Positions 17,378 through 27,600 of a stretch of DNA of 31,433 nt are shown piece by piece. The notes beneath the pieces were generated by a model. The model searched no databases and had not been told where the DNA came from. It saw nothing but the letters and a program-made list of their open reading frames with translations. The position numbers and the translations under genes were made by a program. The stretch's first letter is position 1. Every line of letters begins with the position of its first letter. Origin of the DNA: a virus (lineage: Duplodnaviria; Caudoviricetes); IMG/VR virus record IMGVR_UViG_3300010234_000045, positions 1-31,433 of that record; one strand, given 5' to 3'.

Positions 17378-17406
17378 TTGTACTTTACTAAAACTACCTA
17401 TATAAT
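17378..17406 (+). promoter_or_regulatory. Sigma70-type promoter, near-leaderless transcript of the tail gene
   Basis: TTGTAC-17nt-TATAAT; the ATG follows after 8 nt with no SD. Confidence 0.75.
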
Positions 17407-17410
17407 GCAA
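17382..17410 (-). promoter_or_regulatory. Candidate divergent promoter for the minus-strand enzyme operon
   Basis: Minus strand TTGCAT (17410-17405)-17nt-TAAAGT (17387-17382). Confidence 0.55.
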
Positions 17411-17414
17411 GATT

Positions 17415-19364
17415 ATGCCTTTACAAAAAGTACAATTTAAACCAGGTTTTAATAAACAACAAACAGAGACCGGTGCCGAAGGGCAATGGGTAGATGGGGA
17501 TAATGTTCGTTTTAGATACGGCCAACCTGAAAAAATAGGTGGTTGGCAAGATTTAGTAAATAGTACCATCTCAGGTCCTATTAGAGATCAACACACATGG
17601 ACTGGTTTAGATGGAAAAAAATATGCGGCTTTAGGCTCTGCTAAAGTATTAGTTATTTATTATGAAGGTGCTTTTTATGACATTACTCCTATTAATGCAG
17701 ATCAGACAGGGGTAACTTTTACTTCCACTAACGGCTCTGCAACGGTTACTATTAATTTAACTGCTCACGGTTTACTAATAGGTGATTATTTTAAACTTAA
17801 AACGGTTACGCTACCAGGAGGAGGAGTTACCGGTTACACCGATGCAGATTTTACAACTAATGTTTTTGAAGTAATTACACAACCCGATTCTGATACGGTC
17901 ACTGTCACCATGCCAAGTGTAGAGTCAGGTACTGGAATGACAGCAGGTGGTTCTGCAACATTAAATTCTTACGTTACCGTAGGACCTATTTTTCAAACTT
18001 CATCTTATGGTTGGGGAACAGCCGCTTGGGGATCAGAGGTTGGAGGAGAAGGTTGGGGAGAAGAATCAGATACAACCACCGTAGTACTAGATCCTGGCTC
18101 CTGGTCACTTGATAACTATGGACAATTACTGGTTGCAACTATTAGAAATGGTCAAACGTTCACTTGGAATCCAGCAGTAGTTGGAGCCTTAGACACAAGA
18201 GCAACGGTGGTAACCGACGCACCTACCAGTTCTTTACTAAGTTTAGTATCAGACAGAGATAGACATTTATTTTTAATGGGAACCGAAACAACTATTGGTG
18301 ATTCGTCTACTAGAGATCCAATGTTGATTAGATTTTCTAATCAAGAAGATATTAATACATGGAATCCTACCGCAACCAACACTGCAGGTACCTTTAGAAT
18401 TGATCAAGGAAATGAAATTATATCAGCGGTACAAGGAAAAGATTATGTTCTAGTATTAACCGATCAAGCCGCTTATCAAATACAATTTGTAGGTCCACCT
18501 TTTACTTTTTCTATTAGACAAGTAGGAAGTAACTGTGGATGTTTAGGACAACATGCAGCTGTGTATGCACAAGGTGCGGTGTATTGGATGGGATTTGGTG
18601 GTGGCTTCTTCATGTTCGATGGTACGGTGAAACAACTTCCATCCTTAGTGGAAGATTTTGTGTTTACTACTCAAGGAGATGCCTTAGGAATTAATTATAA
18701 TGCAAACCAAATTGCTTATGCTTATCATAATTCTTTGTATAATGAAGTGGGTTGGTTCTATGCAGCGAACGGCACAGATCAAATTAATAGAAACGTGGTA
18801 TATAATTTTATGGAACAAAGTTGGACCACTGGATCTTTATCTAGAACTTCTTATAATGATGCTCACACGTATGAACTTCCTTATGCTACAGAATTTACTA
18901 GTAATGGAACCCCTACTTTTCCCACTATTAATGGAGTGACCAATACTTTTGGATCTAGTAAATATTATGCTCATGAAACGGGAGTCAATGAAGTAGACGC
19001 TAATGGTAATGCAACTGCCATTTCTTCTTATATTTTATCAGGGGATTACGATATTTCTGAACAAGGGATTGCAGGAGATGGAGAAAATATTATGAGAGTA
19101 TCTAGATTTATACCCGACTTTAAAAACTTAAGTGGAAATGCAAAAGTAACTATGTTCTTTACTAATTATCCAGCCACGGATTCACAATCATCTGCTTCAG
19201 GATCTTTAATTACAGGACCGTTTACAGTAAGCACTACTACTAATTTTGTAAGTACTAGAGTTCGAGGAAGACAGGTTAGTTTAAAAATTGAAAATGAAAA
19301 TTTAAATGAAACCTGGAGATATGGCACCTTGAGATTAGATGTCCATGCAGGAGGAAGAAGATAA
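17415..19364 (+). CDS. Tail tubular protein B / nozzle (P22 gp10 stabilization-protein-like)
   Basis: 649 aa, beta-propeller-like. Motifs WVDGDNVRFRYGQPEKIGGW, IRFSNQED and C-terminal RVRGRQVSLKI...WRYGTLRLD; position upstream of the ejection-like genes. Confidence 0.7.
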   Translation: MPLQKVQFKPGFNKQQTETGAEGQWVDGDNVRFRYGQPEKIGGWQDLVNSTISGPIRDQHTWTGLDGKKYAALGSAKVLVIYYEGAFYDITPINADQTGVTFTSTNGSATVTINLTAHGLLIGDYFKLKTVTLPGGGVTGYTDADFTTNVFEVITQPDSDTVTVTMPSVESGTGMTAGGSATLNSYVTVGPIFQTSSYGWGTAAWGSEVGGEGWGEESDTTTVVLDPGSWSLDNYGQLLVATIRNGQTFTWNPAVVGALDTRATVVTDAPTSSLLSLVSDRDRHLFLMGTETTIGDSSTRDPMLIRFSNQEDINTWNPTATNTAGTFRIDQGNEIISAVQGKDYVLVLTDQAAYQIQFVGPPFTFSIRQVGSNCGCLGQHAAVYAQGAVYWMGFGGGFFMFDGTVKQLPSLVEDFVFTTQGDALGINYNANQIAYAYHNSLYNEVGWFYAANGTDQINRNVVYNFMEQSWTTGSLSRTSYNDAHTYELPYATEFTSNGTPTFPTINGVTNTFGSSKYYAHETGVNEVDANGNATAISSYILSGDYDISEQGIAGDGENIMRVSRFIPDFKNLSGNAKVTMFFTNYPATDSQSSASGSLITGPFTVSTTTNFVSTRVRGRQVSLKIENENLNETWRYGTLRLDVHAGGRR

Positions 19365-19528
19365 TGGCAAAAATTACAGCGGTCATTCCAGAACCAAGAG
19401 AAGAATATGATGTGTCTAATCAACGACAGTTGAACGAAGGGTTGAATACATTAAAGAATGAGTTAAATTTTGGTTATCAAAAGGATTTAAAAAATGAACA
19501 AACACAATTTGAATGGTTTCTTAGCTAA
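19364..19528 (+). CDS. Small hypothetical protein (54 aa), absent from the ORF track
   Basis: MAKITAVIPEPREEYDVSNQRQLNEGLNTLKNELNFGYQKDLKNEQTQFEWFLS; TAATG coupling at both ends; GGAGG upstream. Confidence 0.85.
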   Translation: MAKITAVIPEPREEYDVSNQRQLNEGLNTLKNELNFGYQKDLKNEQTQFEWFLS

Positions 19529-19863
19529 TGGCAAATTTTTATAAAAGCGAAACGTTTGATTTAACCACCACTAATTTAACTACCGTGTTAAGTATCAATG
19601 CTTCCTCTATTGCTATTGTAAAAACGGTGCAAGCAGTTCATGACACAGCTAGTAATGTAGATACTCATTTAGTTTTAACCAAATCAGGTGGTTCTGATGT
19701 AAAAGTGAGTTATCAAGAATTAAATAAAGCTACAGAAAATATGTTAAAAGGACCTTTGAATATGGAAGCGGGAGATGTATTAAAAATGCAGGCGGGTTCT
19801 GCAAATGAGATTACTGGACAAGTGACTTATCTTTTGATAGATAGATCACAAGAGAATGGATAA
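19528..19863 (+). CDS. Hypothetical tail-module protein
   Basis: 111 aa, beta-rich, TAATG-coupled. Confidence 0.75.
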   Translation: MANFYKSETFDLTTTNLTTVLSINASSIAIVKTVQAVHDTASNVDTHLVLTKSGGSDVKVSYQELNKATENMLKGPLNMEAGDVLKMQAGSANEITGQVTYLLIDRSQENG

Positions 19864-20035
19864 AATAGAGACCACAACCAAACACACCTTTAGAAGTAAG
19901 TCTACTAATAAGACTTATGAAACTAAGGAAGAATTTTTACAACATCATGCGGAAGACGATTTAGCAGTGGATACCGCAGTGACCGTTACCAATGAAGGAT
20001 TAAATCTTTTACAGAAAATAATGGGACAAAAATAA
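19856..20035 (+). CDS. Small hypothetical protein (59 aa), absent from the ORF track
   Basis: MDKIETTTKHTFRSKSTNKTYETKEEFLQHHAEDDLAVDTAVTVTNEGLNLLQKIMGQK; fills the gap exactly and is TAATG-coupled to the next gene. Confidence 0.8.
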   Translation: MDKIETTTKHTFRSKSTNKTYETKEEFLQHHAEDDLAVDTAVTVTNEGLNLLQKIMGQK

Positions 20036-20970
20036 TGCAGCCACTTGGTGGAACCGAACTGCAAATGCAGTTCTTAGAAAGACATGTAGATAAAGAACTA
20101 TTAAATCAAGTTCAAATTACTACTTCCGTTCCTGAAAAAATTCCTTTGTCTAAAGATAAAGTAAATATCTTATGGCAACACAATTCTTATGATCAAGCTA
20201 ATATTGCACCTTGGTTTAAAGATACCTCTAATCATTCTAAATACGATTGGTATGTATTTAATTCTCATTGGAACTATGAAAAATATAGAATGTTTTTTAA
20301 TCTTCCTACCGAACGATGTTTGGTTATTAAAAATGGAATTCCTACTATTACCCCTAGAAATTTAGTTTACCAAAAGGGGGATCCGATCAAGCTTATCTTT
20401 CAACCAACTCCTTGGAGAGGTTTAAACGTAATCTTAGCAGCCATGCAAATGATTCAAAATCCCCTCATCACTTTAGATGTATATTCCTCTACCGAAATTT
20501 ATGGAGATCAATTTAAACAAGCTAATAATAAAAACTTTGAAGCTTTGTTTGAACAAGCAAAACAATTACCTAATGTTAATTACATTGGTTATAAATCCAA
20601 TGAGTATATTGTAGATCAATTACAAAACTACCACATCTTTGCTTATCCTAGTATCTTTGAAGAAACCTCTTGCGTCTCGGCGCTCGAAGCGATGTCGGCA
20701 GGACTCTATTGTATTACTACCAATTATGGAGCTTTGTATGAAACTTGTGCCGAATATGCAGCCTATATTCCTTATCAAAAGTCTTACGATAATCTAGCCA
20801 AAAATTTTGCTTATGCTATTGAGCGAGCAGCGGGGAACTTGGATAATGAAGTAGTACAATCTCATTTACAAGATCAAATTAACTATACTAATAAATTTTA
20901 TAACTGGACTCGTATTGGTTCTTTATGGGATAACTTTTTGAAAGGAGCTATTAATGCAAGACCCAAGTAA
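20035..20970 (+). CDS. Glycosyltransferase, GT-B fold (GT4-like)
   Basis: N-terminal GGTE, PWRGL, and YPSIFEETSCVSALEAMSAG (E-x7-E) motif. Confidence 0.9.
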   Translation: MQPLGGTELQMQFLERHVDKELLNQVQITTSVPEKIPLSKDKVNILWQHNSYDQANIAPWFKDTSNHSKYDWYVFNSHWNYEKYRMFFNLPTERCLVIKNGIPTITPRNLVYQKGDPIKLIFQPTPWRGLNVILAAMQMIQNPLITLDVYSSTEIYGDQFKQANNKNFEALFEQAKQLPNVNYIGYKSNEYIVDQLQNYHIFAYPSIFEETSCVSALEAMSAGLYCITTNYGALYETCAEYAAYIPYQKSYDNLAKNFAYAIERAAGNLDNEVVQSHLQDQINYTNKFYNWTRIGSLWDNFLKGAINARPK

Positions 20971-21784
20971 ACCAATATGGATTAAGGATAAGAAAACAGA
21001 AGTACCTAATGTTAAAACATTACCTTCTATTTTTGTAGCCACCCCAGTGCACAGTGAATGTTCTATTCATTACACACAATCTTTATTAGCGTTCCAACAA
21101 AAATGTATGGTCAATGGAATTTTGGTTTCTTTTTCTTTATTAAAATCTTCTTTAGTAACGCAAGGTAGAAATTTATGTGTCAATGCGTTTATGGAAGAAT
21201 CTAAAAAACATGCTTATACTCACATGTTGTTTATTGATTCTGATATTGAATTTTCTTTTGATACTATTATGAAACTAGTAGCAGCGGAGAAAGATGTGGT
21301 AGCCGCTCCTTATCCTTTAAAAGATTTAGACTGGGGTAAAATTGCTAATAGAATTAAACATAAAAATATACAAGATGGGGATACTATGTCCAAGCAAGGA
21401 TTTACTTGGCCCTTGAAATTAGATGGTAAAAATCAAATAACCGCTATTAACGGAGTAGCGGAAGTTAGTCATGCTCCTACCGGATGTATGTTAATTAAAA
21501 GAGAAGTATTTGATAAAATGATTACCGAATTACCAGAACTAAAAATTAATCAACCTACCATTGTTAATGGTGAAATGATGGAGAAAGAGTTTATGTACAA
21601 CTTCTTTGATTGTTATCATGAACCCGAAACCAAGAAGTATTATGGAGAAGATTTTGGATTCTGTAAACGATGGTCTGAAATAGGTGGTAAATGTCACATT
21701 TTAGTAGATGAATATATCACTCATATAGGTGAGTACCGATATACCGGTAGGTTTATGGATGATCTTGATTTTAAAAAAGATTGA
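20954..21784 (+). CDS. Glycosyltransferase, GT-A fold (GT2-like)
   Basis: FVATP, GRN, LFIDSD (DxD), TGCMLIKR, GEDFGFC and HIG motifs. Confidence 0.85.
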   Translation: MQDPSKPIWIKDKKTEVPNVKTLPSIFVATPVHSECSIHYTQSLLAFQQKCMVNGILVSFSLLKSSLVTQGRNLCVNAFMEESKKHAYTHMLFIDSDIEFSFDTIMKLVAAEKDVVAAPYPLKDLDWGKIANRIKHKNIQDGDTMSKQGFTWPLKLDGKNQITAINGVAEVSHAPTGCMLIKREVFDKMITELPELKINQPTIVNGEMMEKEFMYNFFDCYHEPETKKYYGEDFGFCKRWSEIGGKCHILVDEYITHIGEYRYTGRFMDDLDFKKD

Positions 21785-21809
21785 CCTATACTGTAAAAAC
21801 AAGTAAAGT
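21781..21809 (+). promoter_or_regulatory. Sigma70-type promoter for internal virion genes
   Basis: TTGACC-17nt-TAAAGT; the -35 box overlaps the upstream stop codon. Confidence 0.65.
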
Positions 21810-21863
21810 ATGTATTTTCAGGACTTTTGTGCCTGCCTCATTACTAACAATATTTAAAGGATT

Positions 21864-22943
21864 ATGATATCTAGATCACAGATGAACAGACAATTATATC
21901 AAAACGGCGGAATTATGGGCGTAGCAAGAGAGAACTACGGAATAGGAAGCAGTATTAAAAAACGAATTAGAAAAATTATACCTAATGAAATAGCAGATAT
22001 TGCAGTGAAAGCTGCACCGTTTGTTGCACCTTTTCAACCAGGTGTTGCAGCGGCTATGAGAGGCATCGGAAGATTTGATCAACGAGGAAGTATCAGTGAT
22101 GCTGTGAAACAAGCGGGAGCAACGTATGCTTTTGGAACAGCAACTGGTGCAGATGGTTTAAATATACCAGGTAGAACAAGTTCTATTTTTGGAACTAAAC
22201 AAATTCCAGGAAATGAAATAGATGAATTACTTACAGTCGATAAATCTTTAGGAGATGTATTTGGAGGTATAGGTGATTCAATTTCAGGAGGGATTGAAAG
22301 TATTTCAAACGTACTTGGTAATATAGAAGTACCAGAGTTGGTTAAAGAAACACCTGGAAAAATTCTTGAATTAGCTAGAAACATTGTGCCAGATGACATG
22401 GCAGGTTTAGAAAAATTAATGAAAGCAACTACGTATCTTGCAGGAACTGTTATAAGTTACTTAGATCGACAAAGAATTAATGAAGCAAGAGAAGAAATTC
22501 AAAGAAAATATGAAGCAGCTAAAGCTGGTAAACGAGCTCAGTATACGCCAAGCGTAGCATCTGCTCCTAAAGCATCTTTTACTGCGGCCGATGTAGTACG
22601 AGCACCTGCTAGATATGGTGGAAGAATGAGTTATGCATATGGAAATTCAGTACAAGATGGAATTATGGCGGCTCCTCAAATAGCAGATCAAATGGGAATG
22701 CCGGTAGGTAATCCTAGACAAAATCAACAAGGAATTGCAGAACTAGATTATAGAGATCAGGGTGGTTTTGTTCCACCAATTGGTATAAAAGAAAAAGAAG
22801 ATGATATCCCTGCGATGTTATCTAATAATGAATTTGTGTTTACAGCCGATGCAGTAAGAGAAGCTGGTGATGGAGATGTTGATGAAGGAGCTAGAAAAAT
22901 GTACGCTATGATGAAACAACTTGAAAATGGAGGCATGGTTTAA
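21864..22943 (+). CDS. Putative internal virion/ejection protein
   Basis: 359 aa, Gly/Ala-rich, with C-terminal DDIPAMLSNNEFVFTADAV motif; position after the tail genes. Confidence 0.6.
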   Translation: MISRSQMNRQLYQNGGIMGVARENYGIGSSIKKRIRKIIPNEIADIAVKAAPFVAPFQPGVAAAMRGIGRFDQRGSISDAVKQAGATYAFGTATGADGLNIPGRTSSIFGTKQIPGNEIDELLTVDKSLGDVFGGIGDSISGGIESISNVLGNIEVPELVKETPGKILELARNIVPDDMAGLEKLMKATTYLAGTVISYLDRQRINEAREEIQRKYEAAKAGKRAQYTPSVASAPKASFTAADVVRAPARYGGRMSYAYGNSVQDGIMAAPQIADQMGMPVGNPRQNQQGIAELDYRDQGGFVPPIGIKEKEDDIPAMLSNNEFVFTADAVREAGDGDVDEGARKMYAMMKQLENGGMV

Positions 22944-23833
22944 TGGCTTATAACATTACGACTCCTGCTCCTTTTTTAGAGCCTGCGGGTGAACGAATAA
23001 CCGATCTTACCATCGAACAACTTAATCAACCAGCTAATATCGCTGGGATGGCGCCAAAGGTTGCTCAATTTAATCCTTTACTTCAACAAGCTCAACAAAG
23101 AGCTGCAACGCAAGCAGGACTGGGTTCTTTACAATTTTCTCCTCAAGGAGATGTAACTGGAGTAGGCGCTGGAACCGGTGTTGCAGCATATCAACCTTAT
23201 TTACAAGCAGCAGAAGATTTAGCTGCGCCAAGTGCATATCAATCGTATATGTCTCCGTATCAAACAGAAGTTATTGACGCGACTCAAGCACTATTAGACG
23301 AGCAGCGAGCAAAAGGGTTAAATACATTACGAGGAAGTCAATATGCGCAAGGAGCGTATGGACAAGGACGAGGACAAATTGGAGAAGCAGAATATTTAAG
23401 AGGTAGAGATATTTCAGATGCAGGACAAATAGCGGCACTCAGACAACAAGGTTTAACACAAGCACAAAGTTTACAACAACAGGCATTAAATAATCAATTA
23501 GGATTAGGCCGATCGCAAGAAGCATTCGAGACTGGAATTACCGGAGCATTAGGAGCAACGGGAGCAGGAGCTCAAACATATTCTCAATCTATTTTAGATG
23601 CGATCCAACAAGGAAATATTTTACAGGAACAATATCCACTACAACGTTTAGGGACTGCTGCAAATATATATGGAACAGTTGCAAGTGGTACACCAATTCA
23701 ACCTCAAGCACCTATTATGACTAGCCCTGCCTTGGCAGCAACACAAACGTTAGCTGGTTTATATGGAATGTTCAATCCACAATCAAGACAAAGAAGTGCT
23801 TACGGTGGATTAATGTCATTAATGGGTAGGTAA
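22943..23833 (+). CDS. Putative DNA pilot/ejection protein
   Basis: 296 aa, Gln/Ala/Gly-rich and helical, YMSPYQTEVID motif, TAATG-coupled. Confidence 0.6.
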   Translation: MAYNITTPAPFLEPAGERITDLTIEQLNQPANIAGMAPKVAQFNPLLQQAQQRAATQAGLGSLQFSPQGDVTGVGAGTGVAAYQPYLQAAEDLAAPSAYQSYMSPYQTEVIDATQALLDEQRAKGLNTLRGSQYAQGAYGQGRGQIGEAEYLRGRDISDAGQIAALRQQGLTQAQSLQQQALNNQLGLGRSQEAFETGITGALGATGAGAQTYSQSILDAIQQGNILQEQYPLQRLGTAANIYGTVASGTPIQPQAPIMTSPALAATQTLAGLYGMFNPQSRQRSAYGGLMSLMGR

Positions 23834-23835
23834 CC

Positions 23836-24663
23836 ATGCCTAATATATTTAAAAGACCTATGTTTCGAAAAGGAGGTTCTACTTCTGAAGGCACTGGTAT
23901 TACTTCTGGATTAACTCCTAGACAAAATTATCAAGATCAAGGAAACGTACAGAAAAAAGAACCTTACGAAATTCTGATTGAAAACCAATATCAAAAGATG
24001 CTTCCTAGCCAAGCAGATAGTATAAGAAATTATATAACTGGATTTGGTGCAAGTGCTTCTAAAGACCCTATGGCACTTCAAACGTTTGGAGGTGCTTTTG
24101 GACAAGCTTCAAAAATAGGTGCCGGTTTAAATGCACAACAAACAGCGCAAGCTGAAAAATTTAGAACCCAAGCGGGAATACAAGCAGTTAAAAATTTAAC
24201 TAAAGATGATAGAGATATTTTGGAAAAAAGAGCTGCCTTAGTAGCTCAACAAAGAAAAATACCTTACAATGAAGCATTAGGTTTAGTATTGGATAATTTT
24301 ATGAAAGAAAACTCTCCTTTCTTAAAAGGAGACTCGCCTGAAAATAGAATAATTAAAGCGGCAAAACAATATGAAGACGCAGGATATGATGAAATTGAAG
24401 CAATTAATCTAGCTAAATATAAAATAGCTCTCCAATCTAATAAAATACCGCCAGATCTAAGAGCAAAATTAGACGTAGGTAATACTATATTGGATACTAA
24501 AATAATTATAGTAGATCCTAAAACTGGAATAGGATCTTTTAAACCAGAAGCGACTGATAGTAAAAAAACTAAATATAGTCCTGGCAGAGCATACGTTAGT
24601 CCAGCTGACGGAAAAATTTATATATACGACGGAACAAAATTTGTAAAAGCACCAGGATACTAA
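23836..24663 (+). CDS. Putative internal virion protein
   Basis: 275 aa with IFKRPMFRKGG N-terminus; call based on synteny. Confidence 0.55.
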   Translation: MPNIFKRPMFRKGGSTSEGTGITSGLTPRQNYQDQGNVQKKEPYEILIENQYQKMLPSQADSIRNYITGFGASASKDPMALQTFGGAFGQASKIGAGLNAQQTAQAEKFRTQAGIQAVKNLTKDDRDILEKRAALVAQQRKIPYNEALGLVLDNFMKENSPFLKGDSPENRIIKAAKQYEDAGYDEIEAINLAKYKIALQSNKIPPDLRAKLDVGNTILDTKIIIVDPKTGIGSFKPEATDSKKTKYSPGRAYVSPADGKIYIYDGTKFVKAPGY

Positions 24664-24672
24664 GGAGGTTCC

Positions 24673-27600
24673 ATGGCGGAAGAATTTAATAATATAGAAG
24701 ACTATATCGAGTCCGATTACCAATTGATTCCAGAAGAATCAGAAAAAGAACCTAAAAAAATTATACAAGTACCAGAACGAACGGGAGAACCTACTCCTGT
24801 TTCCGATATTTTATTTGGACCTAAAAACGTAGAGTTAGCGGGAGATACTTTTTTAAAAGCTGGAAAAACAGCTAGAAGAATAGCAGAACGAGTACAAGGT
24901 GTTCCAGAAGATAAATTAACTCCTTTAGGAGATGTGGATCCTATTAATGGATTTGTAGCGGGAATTGTAGATCTTAGTATTAAAGTTCCTTACGGGGTAG
25001 TATCTTTAACTGCAGAAATTGCAGATGCTTTAGAAGATGAAGGAGTACCGGTGGATCAAGGAAAAGTGGCCGCATTAGAAAAATATTTTAGCGATACTGT
25101 ATTTGGTAAAATAGTACAAGGATCAGAAGATGTTATAAAAGACTCTGCGGTAGGAAAATTAACTTCTGCTTTAGGTCAATTATATGCTTTTGGAAGAGTA
25201 GGAGCAAGTTATGGAGTCAAAGCAGCAGTTAAAGCAAAACAAATTTATGGTAAATGGTCTAAGGCTGCTAAATTAAATAAAGTAGCAAGAGCTAATCCAG
25301 GGGCGGTGAAGGCTTCTATTAGTGCTAAAAATTTTAATAAATTATCAGGAAAACAAAATTTTGCTGCTGTTACTTTAGGAGGAGCTACGGGAACTGCTCT
25401 AGTAGCAGATTTAGAAGGAATTGGAACATGGGGAGATGTGTTAGGAGGACCTAGTGCTTTAGATAGAGACAAGAAATTTACGACACAAGATGAGGCACTC
25501 AGAAGATTATATAATCGATTTAAATTTGGAGCAGAAGGTGCAGTGGTGTCTGTTCCTATTGCCTATGGAATTAATAGAGTTGCAAAAAGAATATCTGAAG
25601 CAGGTAAAGATTTAAAGTACAGTGATGATCAATTAGATCGATTGATTGATAAATATATAGCACAACCTTTTAGACCTCGAGGGCCAAAAAGCCAAGCTTT
25701 GTTTGAAGGAGTTAAAAAAGTAGAAGGACAAATAGCAGCGGGTCAAATTACTGCTAGAGATTTAATTAAAGACATTGATAAAAGTTTATATAACATTGCT
25801 AAAGAATCAGGAATGTCTAATCGTAATCCTGCTTGGAAAAGATTAATAGGAAGATTAGATGAATTATTAACTTCTACGGATGATGTTATTCAAGGAGGCA
25901 ATGTGGTCTTTAAAGGATTTAATGGCAAACAATTAAATCAATTCTATGGTTTTTTAGATGAAATAGGACTTACTAAAAAACAAGGAAATGTTTTAGTGCA
26001 AGAAATGATGAAAGTTAGAAATCAAATGAATGTATTTAAAAATACAGTATTACAAGGAAAAAATATTAACGCGTCTAGTTCAGAGTTTTCTAAAATTATG
26101 AATGACCGAATGAGAAATATTTTTAACTCCGAATATAGAATAACAGAAGGTAAAAGTATTCTTCCTATGCTTAATTATAAACCTGCAGAATCTGCTATTA
26201 ACGAAGTCAAAGCAGTATTTAACCGATATGCAAAACAAAATAAAGTAAATCTAAGTCCTCAAGATTTGGATGACATTATAGATGATGTTTATAATAACAT
26301 TACATTTAATCCTCTTACTAAAACCCCAGAATTTCCTTTAACCATATTAAGTGTATTAGATGATAAGGCAACTCAACTTATTAACATTGCAGATAATGTT
26401 AAAGGAGGTGCTTTTAAACCTACTACTTTAATTCAATCTGAAAAAGATTTAAGAGCTTTTCAAAGATTTTTTGGTCAAAAAAGAGATATAAGAAATACTA
26501 TTATTAATACCATGAGCGATCTATCTACGTTGGCGGCTAAAGATAATTTTTATAATGGAGTCTTACAACAATCTAAAGAATTAATAAAAAGAGGAGAACG
26601 TGCTGCGGTGTATCCTACTCGTGTGGAAGCTATTAAAAATTTAAGAAATCAACCAGTCATTGCTAATCCACAAGGCATGCAAATAAAATCTCCTTTAGGG
26701 GAATCTGTTTATACCAATCCTTTAAACGGTCAGTTTACTACCAGAGAATTGCAGGACGCATTTAATTTTAGTGAAAAATTATTATTTGACGATATAGCAA
26801 AAACAACTATTTACAAAAATTTATTTTTAATTCCTAAAGGGTTAACTCAAATATCCAAAACGATGTTAGGTCCTTTTACTCATGCTAGAAACTTTACCAC
26901 TTCTGCTCAATTTGCATTAGGGACTGGTAATTTATTTAAAAACCCGGTTACCATGGTAAAAAATTTTAGACAAGCGTTTAACACAATTCAACCACAAATA
27001 TTATATCGTAATGCACCTAAAGATCAGGCACTGTATAAATTTTTATTAGAAGAACAAGTCGTAAGTTCCTCTGCTTCTGCAAGAGATATTGCAGGGTTAT
27101 TAGATGATATTGGAAGTGGTGGAGATGTGTATATGAAATTTTTTGGTAGGTTTGGAAAAGCCATGAAAAAAATATACGAGAAAGCAGCCGATGTATATGT
27201 AGCAGAAGATGATCAATGGAAAATATTTAATTTTTTAGGAGAATTTGACACTTATAAAAATGCGTACGCTAAAGCTTTGAAACAAGGTAAAATAAAAAAA
27301 ATGCCGGATGATCTTTCTATCATGCGAGAAGCTGCTAATATTGTTAGAAACACGGTTCCTAATTATGCATACGTAGGACAATTTGGACAAGCAAGTAGAA
27401 GATTACCTACTGGAAACTTTGTATCGTTTCCTATTGAAGTAACCAGAACTGCTGCTAATATTGCGGAGTTAGGATTAAAAGAAGCTCAAAATCCTATTTT
27501 ACAAACAGTGGGATTAAATAGATTAGTTGGATTTGGAGCTGCAACAGCAACGGCACCGGTAGTAGCTACCGCTATGGTAGCAGGAATGTATGGAATTACT

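Noticed and set aside
17363-17569. 68-aa minus-strand ORF leading into the enzyme island
   Set aside because: It is antisense to the tail gene and runs across the promoter region, with no recognisable motif or RBS.
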